Source: an uncultured virus (IMG/VR IMGVR_UViG_3300000115_000010)
Taxonomy: Duplodnaviria; Heunggongvirae; Uroviricota; Caudoviricetes
DNA length: 64,000 nt
Virus record (IMG/VR): IMGVR_UViG_3300000115_000010
Coordinates: 1 to 64,000 of that record
Reading direction: 5' to 3' (one strand)
The notes beneath the pieces are model-generated. The model did no database searches, was not told where the DNA came from, and saw only the letters and a list, made by a program, of their open reading frames with translations. Position 1 is the first letter of the stretch. Each line of letters opens with the position of its first letter. A program made the translations under genes and the position numbers. Of the stretch, positions 17,359-26,231 are shown piece by piece.

Positions 17359-18477
17359 ATGGAAATGAAAATAACCAAAGAACTGAAACAACTAGATAAA
17401 ATGTTTACTAAGTCTGGCTACGACATACGAGTTGTAGGTGGTGCAGTAAGAGATCTTGCATTAGGTAAAGATCCAAAAGATATAGACCTTGCAACAAACG
17501 CAACCCCCACAGAAATGCAAAAAATGTTTGACAGCTCAGGCGTTAAGCATATACCGTCAGGCATTGAACATGGCACTATAACTGCCATAATCAACGGCGA
17601 GGAGTTTGAAATAACCACACTAAGAGCAGACGTGGAAACAGACGGTAGACATGCAGAAGTAGAGTTTGTACGTAGTTGGAAAGAAGATGCTAAACGCAGA
17701 GACTTAACGTACAATGCAATGAGCATGGATTTTGATGGTAAACTATATGATTACTTTGGTGGTATGGATGACTTACAAAACAAAGTAAGCCGTTTTGTCG
17801 GTGATCCTGCAGCACGTATACAAGAAGATTATTTGCGTATATTAAGGTATTTCCGTTTCCAAGGAAGAATGGATACGCCAAAGTTTGAAAAAGATACAAT
17901 GAAATCTATAGCAGATAATGTTTCTGGACTAAAGCAGTTGAGTGTTGAACGTGTTTGGATGGAAATGAGCAAGATACTTAGTGGTGGAAATATACAGCAA
18001 GTACTTAGTGCTATGTCACATACTGGTGTAACTAATTCTTTAAATTTACAAGTGCAAAATATAGATAAAGTACAAGATGGCGGAGATCCTATTATAAATC
18101 TTGCTAGAATAACTAACGATGAATCAGTAGGCAAGCGTTGGAAGATGAGCAATGATGAAAAATCAAAGCTAGGGTTCCTAATACAAAACAAAGGGCAAAC
18201 ACACGATAAAAAGTGGTTTACTGATCAAATGGCAGACGGATTTAATAGAGATTTGTTGGATGCACTTGCTAGGTTTAATCATCAAGACGATATGATACAG
18301 CATGTTAAATCATTCAAAGCACCTAAGTTTCCAGTTACTGGAAATGACTTGATGAAACTAGGACATGCACGTGGTCCTGGTATAGGAAAAACGTTGCAGT
18401 CAATGAGAGATCAATGGAAAAAAGGTAACTTTGATTTAAGTAAAGACGATTTGCTAAAGAGTGTAAGTAAAGAATAA
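17359..18477 (+). CDS. cca: CCA-adding tRNA nucleotidyltransferase (class II)
   Basis: VGGAVRD..LG..PKDIDLAT, EITTLR, DAKRRDLTYNA, EDYLRILRYFRF and ERVW.E motifs. Confidence 0.92.
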   Translation: MEMKITKELKQLDKMFTKSGYDIRVVGGAVRDLALGKDPKDIDLATNATPTEMQKMFDSSGVKHIPSGIEHGTITAIINGEEFEITTLRADVETDGRHAEVEFVRSWKEDAKRRDLTYNAMSMDFDGKLYDYFGGMDDLQNKVSRFVGDPAARIQEDYLRILRYFRFQGRMDTPKFEKDTMKSIADNVSGLKQLSVERVWMEMSKILSGGNIQQVLSAMSHTGVTNSLNLQVQNIDKVQDGGDPIINLARITNDESVGKRWKMSNDEKSKLGFLIQNKGQTHDKKWFTDQMADGFNRDLLDALARFNHQDDMIQHVKSFKAPKFPVTGNDLMKLGHARGPGIGKTLQSMRDQWKKGNFDLSKDDLLKSVSKE

Positions 18478-18505
18478 ATACACTTAGTAAATAAAGGCCC
18501 TTTAC

Positions 18506-19960
18506 ATGAGACTTAATGAATTAACAGAAGCATTAGATAATCCATATCCATACACCTGGTACGAGCGTAGTAATGATACATGGACTGCATATGCAGAATT
18601 GAATTCAGAACGTTCATCTGATGGAAGAGATGACGAAGACGCAACACTTAGAATAATAGCTGACAGAGTTTCAGGCGGTGATGACTGGGACGATGATGAG
18701 CGTGTGGTTCCTACCATTTGGGAACTTAGCTTTATGACTGGTTATAAAACTCACAAGACCGGTGCAGGTGATCAATTTAGAATTTTTGCTACAGTGGTTG
18801 CCGCATTTACTGATTGGTGGAAACAAATGGGATCAAAAGTAAATGATATTGACGAACTTGAATTTACCGCAGATAAAGCAAAAGATGGTAAAAGCAGAGC
18901 AGTACTATATGCTAGATTTGCTAAAAAGTTTGCACAAATGACTGGCTTTAATTTAGAAACTAAGCAAGATAGTTATCAGGATGTCTTTACGTTTGTAAAT
19001 CCACAAAGTAGTTTTGCTGAGGATTCAGTTACTGAAGAGGTAAGTCTTCCAGAAGATATCTTTCATATGAAAAACAGATTGCTAAAAGTTAAAAAAATAA
19101 CTGATGCAATGGGTAATCGTCCAATAATGTTTAGAAGTTTTGTATATGACGCAGATCGTATTGGAAAAATTATTAAAAAGGTAACTAATGATAGTGGCAG
19201 AAAAATAAAAACTGGAAGCAATCAAAAACAACAAGAAGTCTTACAAAAACTTGGTGTCAACAATCCAACATTTGCAAACCTTGCAGCAGGAAAGCATGCA
19301 GATGTTCGCAGAACCTCACTTGAGGATCATGGGGTAGCTGGATTGCAAAACATTTTTATCCCAATAAGCAACGAAATATATTACAGTGATGCAGTTGAAG
19401 ACTTGGGCATGGGTCGCTCAACAGGTGGAGATAATATTTCATTGCAAAGTGACTTTGATGTAGATAAAGCAGTAGCCAGTTATAAAAAAGGGTGGCCACC
19501 TGCTGGATTTGATAACGAAATAATTGTAGATACTGATAAGTATTATCTTCTAAACTTGCAGTCTTTTTTATTAGAACTAACAAGTCCTGATATTAAAGAT
19601 CAGATTAAACGTTTAAAAAGAGAATATGATAAGTCATATTCTAGCAATGCATCAAAAAATCAGGTCGATGATATTTTAAAAGATCTGTTTAAAACAAAAA
19701 TAATGACATATAGTAATATATCACGCTGGATCGAAAGTGTTGCTATTCCTTTTGTAGATATGCTTGGAGCCAGTAGTGTACAAGAAAACTTTGCTGACGG
19801 TAAAGTAAAAGGCAAAAGTAGACCAGGGCGTGTAAAACGTAGTGGTGCTAGTTGTAACGGTAGCGTAACAGAACTAAGAGCCAAAGCAAAAAAAGCCAGC
19901 GGTGAAAAAGCAAAAATGTATCACTGGTGCGCCAACATGAAGGCTGGTAAGAAGAAATGA
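18506..19960 (+). CDS. Modular probable head-internal polyprotein
   Basis: TAAATA at 18475; MRLNELTE leader; modules separated by SVTEE and SVQE; basic C-terminal ENFADGK...HWCANMK module. Confidence 0.65.
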   Translation: MRLNELTEALDNPYPYTWYERSNDTWTAYAELNSERSSDGRDDEDATLRIIADRVSGGDDWDDDERVVPTIWELSFMTGYKTHKTGAGDQFRIFATVVAAFTDWWKQMGSKVNDIDELEFTADKAKDGKSRAVLYARFAKKFAQMTGFNLETKQDSYQDVFTFVNPQSSFAEDSVTEEVSLPEDIFHMKNRLLKVKKITDAMGNRPIMFRSFVYDADRIGKIIKKVTNDSGRKIKTGSNQKQQEVLQKLGVNNPTFANLAAGKHADVRRTSLEDHGVAGLQNIFIPISNEIYYSDAVEDLGMGRSTGGDNISLQSDFDVDKAVASYKKGWPPAGFDNEIIVDTDKYYLLNLQSFLLELTSPDIKDQIKRLKREYDKSYSSNASKNQVDDILKDLFKTKIMTYSNISRWIESVAIPFVDMLGASSVQENFADGKVKGKSRPGRVKRSGASCNGSVTELRAKAKKASGEKAKMYHWCANMKAGKKK

Positions 19961-20145
19961 GATTTCGAGAACTAGCTGAAGATGGAAAAATTGTTCCAGG
20001 GGTAAATACTACAGTTGATGTACAACCTGGCGAAACTGAAAGACAAGCAAAGAAATTGTTTCCTATGAATAAAGACGGAAAGCCCAAGCCATTGGGTGTA
20101 AAAGGTGCTACGCCTCATCAAGCATTTAACTTGGGACTAGATTAA
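19957..20145 (+). CDS. Small probable head-internal protein
   Basis: MRFRELAE leader; IVPGVNTTVDV. Confidence 0.65.
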   Translation: MRFRELAEDGKIVPGVNTTVDVQPGETERQAKKLFPMNKDGKPKPLGVKGATPHQAFNLGLD

Positions 20146-21008
20146 TGAAGATTAATGAAATTTTTGAAAATATGAGTTATACTGGTACTGCATTGAAAAA
20201 AGCAGAGCGTAAAAAGGGTATACAGCCAGGAACACCAGACTGGTTTAAACATTGGTTTGAGCTGCCTTATATGAAAGAAGATGTGTCACAAGGACAATTA
20301 AATGCTTTAGAAAAAATTGTTGATAAAGTATTTGCTCGTGTTGGTATTGATGTAGAATTTACACGTCACTTTTTAGATAGAGTAAATGATGAACGTAACG
20401 GAGAGCCTATTAGTATACAAGAGTTGGGAAGATTATTTGCTAAAGAATATAAGCAATGGGGTAAACCAATTGCAGCAATGGGACCAGACCAAGCACTAAT
20501 GAAAGATTTAGAAAGTGATATTAATGTACCATTTGTATTAGAAATTAATCCACGTACTAAAATGCTTGACTTAGTTGCCAAAAGTGTTATGCGTAAGAAA
20601 GATTTCAGAACAAGCAACAAGGTATTTGCTGTTGAAGACTTTGGTAATATACCTAATTTAGTAGATTTAATCTTACTTGCTGTTGCATTAAAGACAACAG
20701 TAGCTGGTGTTAAAATATTATTTAAAACTGCACAAGGATATAAAAAATTACTTCGTGCAGCAGATTCAGTTGGTGTTAAACTAGCAAACAAAATACAAAG
20801 AGAAGATACTAAAGATGAAATGATGGCTAGAATGCTAGCCAATCAAAAGAATCGTTTTTGGGATGCCGCAGTAGAAGCATTGCACCGATTAGTAACATCA
20901 CAGACAGGGCGCCAAAGTTTAGGCGGGTATGCATTTGATATTTCTCGCAGTTTTAAAGATATGGATTCTAAAGAACTAATATCTGCATATAAACAAAAAT
21001 ATTCATAG
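20145..21008 (+). CDS. Modular probable head-internal protein
   Basis: MKINEIFE leader; IQPGTPDWFKHWF module; FTRHFLDRVND module. Confidence 0.65.
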   Translation: MKINEIFENMSYTGTALKKAERKKGIQPGTPDWFKHWFELPYMKEDVSQGQLNALEKIVDKVFARVGIDVEFTRHFLDRVNDERNGEPISIQELGRLFAKEYKQWGKPIAAMGPDQALMKDLESDINVPFVLEINPRTKMLDLVAKSVMRKKDFRTSNKVFAVEDFGNIPNLVDLILLAVALKTTVAGVKILFKTAQGYKKLLRAADSVGVKLANKIQREDTKDEMMARMLANQKNRFWDAAVEALHRLVTSQTGRQSLGGYAFDISRSFKDMDSKELISAYKQKYS

Positions 21009-21034
21009 ACTTATAAAAAAACACATGTTACAAT
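21006..21034 (+). promoter_or_regulatory. Sigma70-type promoter
   Basis: TAGACT-17 bp-TACAAT with TG extension. Confidence 0.5.
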
Positions 21035-21053
21035 AATTAAAAATGGAGTTACT

Positions 21054-21959
21054 ATGAAAATAGCTATATTACTCAGTGGGCAAGCTAGATATCTTGAACA
21101 GAGTGCTGAATGGTGGAAAAAAGTATTTCCTAAGATAGCTGGATCACATATAGAGGTTGATTTTTTCTGTCATTTTTGGGAAGAACCGGGAAGAGACTTA
21201 TATGAAGAATGTCAACGCCTATTTAACCCAGTTAAATGTTTTATACAGACTTATGATGATGTTTTTTATCCACATATGTATGCTATTCAAAATCTAAATA
21301 AAAAATATGATAAGCATACGGAACTAGTACCTAACGATGTTAGGTCTACTTTATTATTTACAGGAAGTGAACTTAGTAAATATGCATATAATTTTCATGC
21401 GATGTTTTTAAGTGCATCTGCAATAGGAAAAATGTGTGGAGAGTTGACTGAATATGACTTTGTTATTAAAACAAGAAGTGATACAGTGTTTAATCCAATG
21501 CCCGAACATCATTGGATGAATTTATTACACAATATGAGAAAAGATATATACAACAATATTATATTTTCTCCTTGGATGCGTTTACATAACGGAAGCGGCT
21601 ATTTTGGTGATTTGGCATTTATTTCTGCTCCATCTACTATGTATAGATATTTAAAAAACTTAGACGATAATCTTATTAATGTGTGTACCAAATATAAATT
21701 TCTGTTTGGTGAAAGATTAATAGAATCTAGCTCTCCAATTGCCCATTGGATGTGGCATAGATTAAGTATGGAATCTAAGGTTGATTGGCTTGCAATTAGT
21801 GTAGTTTGGCCTACACCATTTAATGCAGCATTAATAAGGAATAACGAACCAATTACTAATTTTGATTTTGATACTATGCTAGAAAAGTATAAAAATGAAG
21901 AGGATTCGAGACATGCGGAAATGCATAAAAAAGATCTTATTAAACCAAGGTCAACTTAG
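21054..21959 (+). CDS. Putative glycosyltransferase-like protein
   Basis: MKIAILLSGQAR...DFFCHFW...YDFVIKTRSD pattern seen in viral glycan-locus proteins. Confidence 0.5.
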   Translation: MKIAILLSGQARYLEQSAEWWKKVFPKIAGSHIEVDFFCHFWEEPGRDLYEECQRLFNPVKCFIQTYDDVFYPHMYAIQNLNKKYDKHTELVPNDVRSTLLFTGSELSKYAYNFHAMFLSASAIGKMCGELTEYDFVIKTRSDTVFNPMPEHHWMNLLHNMRKDIYNNIIFSPWMRLHNGSGYFGDLAFISAPSTMYRYLKNLDDNLINVCTKYKFLFGERLIESSSPIAHWMWHRLSMESKVDWLAISVVWPTPFNAALIRNNEPITNFDFDTMLEKYKNEEDSRHAEMHKKDLIKPRST

Positions 21960-21983
21960 CGGACAATTAGTATAAATAACTAT

Positions 21984-22178
21984 ATGAAAGTCTGGGAAGT
22001 CATAAAAGAAGATACTACTTCTGGCGTATTTGCCAGTGTTGCTATGCCACTGTTTACAGGAAAAAAAGGCAAAGCACATCACAAGGCTGCACGAAAAGCA
22101 GTAGGATTAGAAGACACAGGAAAAAACAAACCTGTTGTTCCAGGCTATCCAAATAACATGATTCGGAGAGTCAAATGA
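21984..22178 (+). CDS. Small probable head-internal protein
   Basis: Full TATAAATA at 21971; MKVWEVIKE leader. Confidence 0.65.
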   Translation: MKVWEVIKEDTTSGVFASVAMPLFTGKKGKAHHKAARKAVGLEDTGKNKPVVPGYPNNMIRRVK

Positions 22179-22642
22179 GACTAAACACATTAAACACAAA
22201 TAAAGCGCCTAAAGCAGTACCAATGGTTGTCAAAGAAAATGCTGGGTATGCAGTTAAAGATATAAATGGTATTACAAGGAAACTATTTGACGATATTGAT
22301 ATTGCAAATCATTATATGAAACGTCACAATAAAGAACTTAGAGAAGGTGTCGAGCCAGTTGTATACATGAGTGAAATTATGGAAGGTGTTCTTGATAGCA
22401 CTGACGATGATGGATGGATGGCAAAAGGACAACTATATCAACTTAGTAAGTATAGTGTAGAGTTACACGGAATGATTCAAGACACGGATAATTTAGAGCC
22501 TTGGGTACAAGCAAAAATTACTAAAGCAGCAGATTATATTAGTGCAGTTAAACATTATATGGAATATCTAGTAATTAATGATCAACAATCTGACGCACCA
22601 GTAGTAATAGATGACCTTCCTGACGACGAATTTGAAATGTAA
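22175..22642 (+). CDS. Conserved late protein
   Basis: MAKGQL...LEPWVQAKITKAADYI..V.HY module. Confidence 0.7.
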   Translation: MRLNTLNTNKAPKAVPMVVKENAGYAVKDINGITRKLFDDIDIANHYMKRHNKELREGVEPVVYMSEIMEGVLDSTDDDGWMAKGQLYQLSKYSVELHGMIQDTDNLEPWVQAKITKAADYISAVKHYMEYLVINDQQSDAPVVIDDLPDDEFEM

Positions 22643-24480
22643 TGCGTTTTACGGAGTTCACTGATCTAACTGAAGGCCTCCCTGCTTTTAATCAAGGCGG
22701 GGTGTTTGGATCTGGGTTAGATCCACAGCAATTCCAACAACGTACTGGTGTTTCTCCAGCTAATGCATCAAACACAGTTAAGAATATAGTTAAATTATCT
22801 CCAGGATTTAAAAGTCCGCAGATGAAAAATGCACTACAGGGTTATTTTTTAGAAAACCCCAAATCACTCCAAGCAGCTAATCAGAATTTTAACCCACAAG
22901 GACAACCAAAATCAAGCGTAAAGCCTGGATTATTCAGAGGGTTGCTAGGTAAAGCATTTGGTGCTATTGGATTAATATTGACTCCTAGTGCTGCAAACCA
23001 GGGCGAAGACCAAGCAGTAAGACAAATGGAATCTGTTTGGAATTTTACAAGATATTTGTTAAAAAATGCACCCAAGGAATACATTAAGTTTTATGATGAT
23101 GAATGGGCTGCATTAACCCCAGAAGAAAAAAAAACAAACGCACAATGGAACCCAAAAGAGACTGACGAATATAAGCAAGCTCAAGAAATAGTACGTATGT
23201 TAGACAAAAAACCTGCTACTGACTTTGCACCTGCTGAACCTTCTCCAAAGGAAGTTAGTCCAGATGTTGAGCCAGATTGGTGGCCGGAGGATTTACCTTT
23301 TAATCCAGAGACATTACCAAGTAATAATCCTGAAGCAGAACCGTTTACACAACCAGATATTCCTACTACACCAAGTAAGCCAAGTAGTCCTGAGCCAGAT
23401 GATGCTCCAGAACCAATAGTTAATCCTAAGGGTCCTAACATAGACCCAACTACTCCAGAGCAACCAAACACTCCAAAGATAGATCCAAATACTAATCCTA
23501 AATCGGATCCAATTACACAACCAGATATTCCTACTACACCAAGTAAGCCAAGTAGTCCTGAGCCAGATGATGCTCCAGAAATTGAACCAAAGACACCGGG
23601 TCCTGATATAGACCCAACTGCACCAGCCCCACTAAAAGTTCCTGATCCACTAAAAGTTCCTGATCCACTAAAAGTTCCTGATCCACTTTCAGTACCTGAT
23701 CCACTAAAAGTTCCGGATCCACTTCCAGTACCTGATCCAGATACAGCACCAAATATACAACCACCATCTCCAGGACCTGAATTGGATCCTAACGCACCAT
23801 CACAGCCTCAGACACCAACAGTGCCTGACAATGCGCCAATTGTACTTCCTAGAATTTCGCCAGATGATGCTCCGCAATTTGATCCAACCCCAATGCCTGT
23901 TATTCCTCTACCGGATCCATCACCAGTACCTAGTACAACTCCAGCAGATCCAGCAGCACCACCTAAGCCACAACCCAAACCAGAGCCTGGGCCTAATATA
24001 AATCCGCTGGCACCTTCTCAACCAAACACTCCAAAGATAGATCCAAATACTAATCCTAAATCGGATCCAATTACACAACCAGATATTCCTACTACGCCAG
24101 CTCAACCGGAAGCTCCTAAACCAGATGATGCACCAGCAACTCAGCCTGCACCAAAGCCAGCACCTAAGCCAGCACCGAAACCTAAGCCAGCACCCAAAGT
24201 TGCACCTACACCTAAGCCAGCACCCAAAGTTGCACCTACACCTAAGCCAGCACCGAAACCAAAACCCAAGCCTGCACCCAAAGTTGCACCTACACCTAAG
24301 GTACAACCAATACCTAAAACTGGTGGGGGAAGAGGTGGTAGGCCACCACGTATAAGACCACGTAAAAGAATCGGGTTACCTCCATTTAGTGCAAAGGGTG
24401 ATAACAAAAAATGGGTACCATTTGATTTTGTAAACGTAAGAGATCCGTTAGATCTTGGCAGAGCGGCAAGACGTAGCTAA
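22642..24480 (+). CDS. Proline-rich repeat protein, probable virion-internal
   Basis: MRFTEFTDLTE leader; long PD/PEP/PKP repeats; C-terminal W..F..V.V.DPL.L.RA. Confidence 0.75.
   Translation: MRFTEFTDLTEGLPAFNQGGVFGSGLDPQQFQQRTGVSPANASNTVKNIVKLSPGFKSPQMKNALQGYFLENPKSLQAANQNFNPQGQPKSSVKPGLFRGLLGKAFGAIGLILTPSAANQGEDQAVRQMESVWNFTRYLLKNAPKEYIKFYDDEWAALTPEEKKTNAQWNPKETDEYKQAQEIVRMLDKKPATDFAPAEPSPKEVSPDVEPDWWPEDLPFNPETLPSNNPEAEPFTQPDIPTTPSKPSSPEPDDAPEPIVNPKGPNIDPTTPEQPNTPKIDPNTNPKSDPITQPDIPTTPSKPSSPEPDDAPEIEPKTPGPDIDPTAPAPLKVPDPLKVPDPLKVPDPLSVPDPLKVPDPLPVPDPDTAPNIQPPSPGPELDPNAPSQPQTPTVPDNAPIVLPRISPDDAPQFDPTPMPVIPLPDPSPVPSTTPADPAAPPKPQPKPEPGPNINPLAPSQPNTPKIDPNTNPKSDPITQPDIPTTPAQPEAPKPDDAPATQPAPKPAPKPAPKPKPAPKVAPTPKPAPKVAPTPKPAPKPKPKPAPKVAPTPKVQPIPKTGGGRGGRPPRIRPRKRIGLPPFSAKGDNKKWVPFDFVNVRDPLDLGRAARRS
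23345..23580 (+). repeat. 68-bp exact direct repeat (23345-23412 and 23513-23580)
   Basis: Read directly; encodes TQPDIPTTPSKPSSPEPDDAPE. Confidence 0.9.
23461..24095 (+). repeat. 77-bp exact direct repeat (23461-23537 and 24019-24095)
   Basis: Read directly; encodes QPNTPKIDPNTNPKSDPITQPDIPT. Confidence 0.9.
23629..23736 (+). repeat. Six tandem 18-bp units (PLKVPD)
   Basis: CCACTAAAAGTTCCTGAT x3 exact plus 3 variants. Confidence 0.9.
24145..24300 (+). repeat. PAPK/PKVAPT coding repeats, including two exact 30-bp units (24181-24240)
   Basis: CCTAAGCCAGCACCCAAAGTTGCACCTACA x2 plus degenerate copies. Confidence 0.85.
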
Positions 24481-24502
24481 ATAATACTGTTAAGGATGTA
24501 CC

Positions 24503-26227
24503 ATGGATAGTTTAACAGAAGCACAAATAATAGAAGCACAAGTACAAGAAATAATAGATGAAGCAGAACAACTCAATGAGTTCTTGCCACTAATACCATT
24601 GGCTATTTGGGCAGGTGGTGCTGCATGGACAGCCTACGATGTTTATCGTACTGCAAAACAATACAAAGCAGGTGAAATTACCAAAGGTGAAGTTGCTAAA
24701 CGAGTTGGTACTGATGTTGCATTAAGTATCGCTGGAGGAGCAATAGCCAAGGGTTTAATTAAAGGTGGAAAAGCTGGTTACGGCGTAATTAAAAAAGTAG
24801 TTGACAAAAGTAAAGAAAAGTTCGATGTAGTTGATCGAGCAAATAAAAGAGGGCGTACTACTAAGGATATAACAATTGGTGGTCAAAAAATAGTTGATCC
24901 TACTAAAGTAACTACAGCACGTGGTGCTGATGGTAAGATGAGAGCATTAACCAAAGCAGAGAAAAAAGCATTAGCAAGGGCTAGTGATACTAGAAGTACT
25001 GCCGCAAAAGCAATTGATGCGGTTTCTGCACCAGTTAAGGCGGTTACTGGGTTGGGTAAAGGTGGACTTGACAAAAAAATGGGCACTGCTACAAGTAATG
25101 TTGTTAAAAAAATTACTGACCCCTTAATGAAAAAGAAAAATATTCCTACAGTAGCAATAGATCCTTTAACCAAAAAGTTTAAAAAATTAGATGGACCAAT
25201 TGATGACAGAACTAGATTAGCTAAAGTTATTGACGCACCAAAAGCTGGACTGGATGCTCTAAGAAAAGTAGATGACTTTATTGGTGATATACCTGGCAAC
25301 ATTGCAAGAAAAACTATAGACACAGTAACACAAAATCCAATTGCTAAAGCAGAAAAAGCTAGACGTAAAGCAGCTAAACAAATTAGAGCGGCAGATGCAG
25401 TCGCAGCAAGAGCCGCTAAAGAAATTGATAAGCAAATGCAGCAAGCAAAAGACTTGCGTAAACGTGATGCAACACAACGTATTAGATCTGCTGATGCGGA
25501 TGCGGCAGATGCCGCTAAAAAAGCAGCAAAGAGTGCAGATGAATTTAAACGTAATGCAGCTCAACGTAATGCTAGTGCCGCAATGCGTAATGCAGATAAC
25601 ATCGCAGTTAAGCAAGCAACTAGGCAAGCGGCAGACCAAAAAGCAAATACCGCCAAAAGAAGTGCATCAGCAGCAATACGTAAAGCAGATAAAATTGCTA
25701 CAGACAGAGCATCTGATGTAGCCGCATTTAAACGTAATGCAGCTCAAAGAACAGCTTCAACTAGGATGCGTAGTGCAGATAAAATTGCTACTAGACGAGC
25801 TGATGATCTAGCAGTAAATGATAAAAGAAGAGCGGCAGCAGCCACAATTAGAAAAGCAGACTCAGATGCAATTAAAAAAGCAAAAGAGATAGAAATTGCT
25901 GCTAAAAAGAAACGAGCAGATGCTGTGGCAGCAAGAGCTGCTAAAAAAGCAGATGCAGAAGCACGTATTAAGAAAGCTGATGCCGCCGCAGCGAAGAGAT
26001 TAGGCAAAAAGACAGATGCTGGTGAAATCGCTGCAAGAGTAGCTGCAAGACGTGCATCCAGAAAAGTTGATGGTAAGACAAAAATGGCCAAGCGTGTAGG
26101 AAGAAGAGTTGACAAATTAATTCCAGGCGGTAAATCTGGTGGTGGCGCTCCAGCAGCTTCATGGCAGTCATTTTCGCCAGTCGCAGTAAATGATCCACTA
26201 AATTTGTCAAGAGCTAATAAAGGGTAA
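24503..26227 (+). CDS. Ala/Lys/Arg-rich helical protein with hydrophobic N-terminal segment, probable ejection/internal protein
   Basis: TAAATA at 24478; acidic leader ending LNE, then FLPLIPLAIWAGGAAW; (I/M)R.AD repeats; C-terminal W..F..V.V.DPL.L.RA. Confidence 0.7.
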   Translation: MDSLTEAQIIEAQVQEIIDEAEQLNEFLPLIPLAIWAGGAAWTAYDVYRTAKQYKAGEITKGEVAKRVGTDVALSIAGGAIAKGLIKGGKAGYGVIKKVVDKSKEKFDVVDRANKRGRTTKDITIGGQKIVDPTKVTTARGADGKMRALTKAEKKALARASDTRSTAAKAIDAVSAPVKAVTGLGKGGLDKKMGTATSNVVKKITDPLMKKKNIPTVAIDPLTKKFKKLDGPIDDRTRLAKVIDAPKAGLDALRKVDDFIGDIPGNIARKTIDTVTQNPIAKAEKARRKAAKQIRAADAVAARAAKEIDKQMQQAKDLRKRDATQRIRSADADAADAAKKAAKSADEFKRNAAQRNASAAMRNADNIAVKQATRQAADQKANTAKRSASAAIRKADKIATDRASDVAAFKRNAAQRTASTRMRSADKIATRRADDLAVNDKRRAAAATIRKADSDAIKKAKEIEIAAKKKRADAVAARAAKKADAEARIKKADAAAAKRLGKKTDAGEIAARVAARRASRKVDGKTKMAKRVGRRVDKLIPGGKSGGGAPAASWQSFSPVAVNDPLNLSRANKG

Positions 26228-26231
26228 TAAG

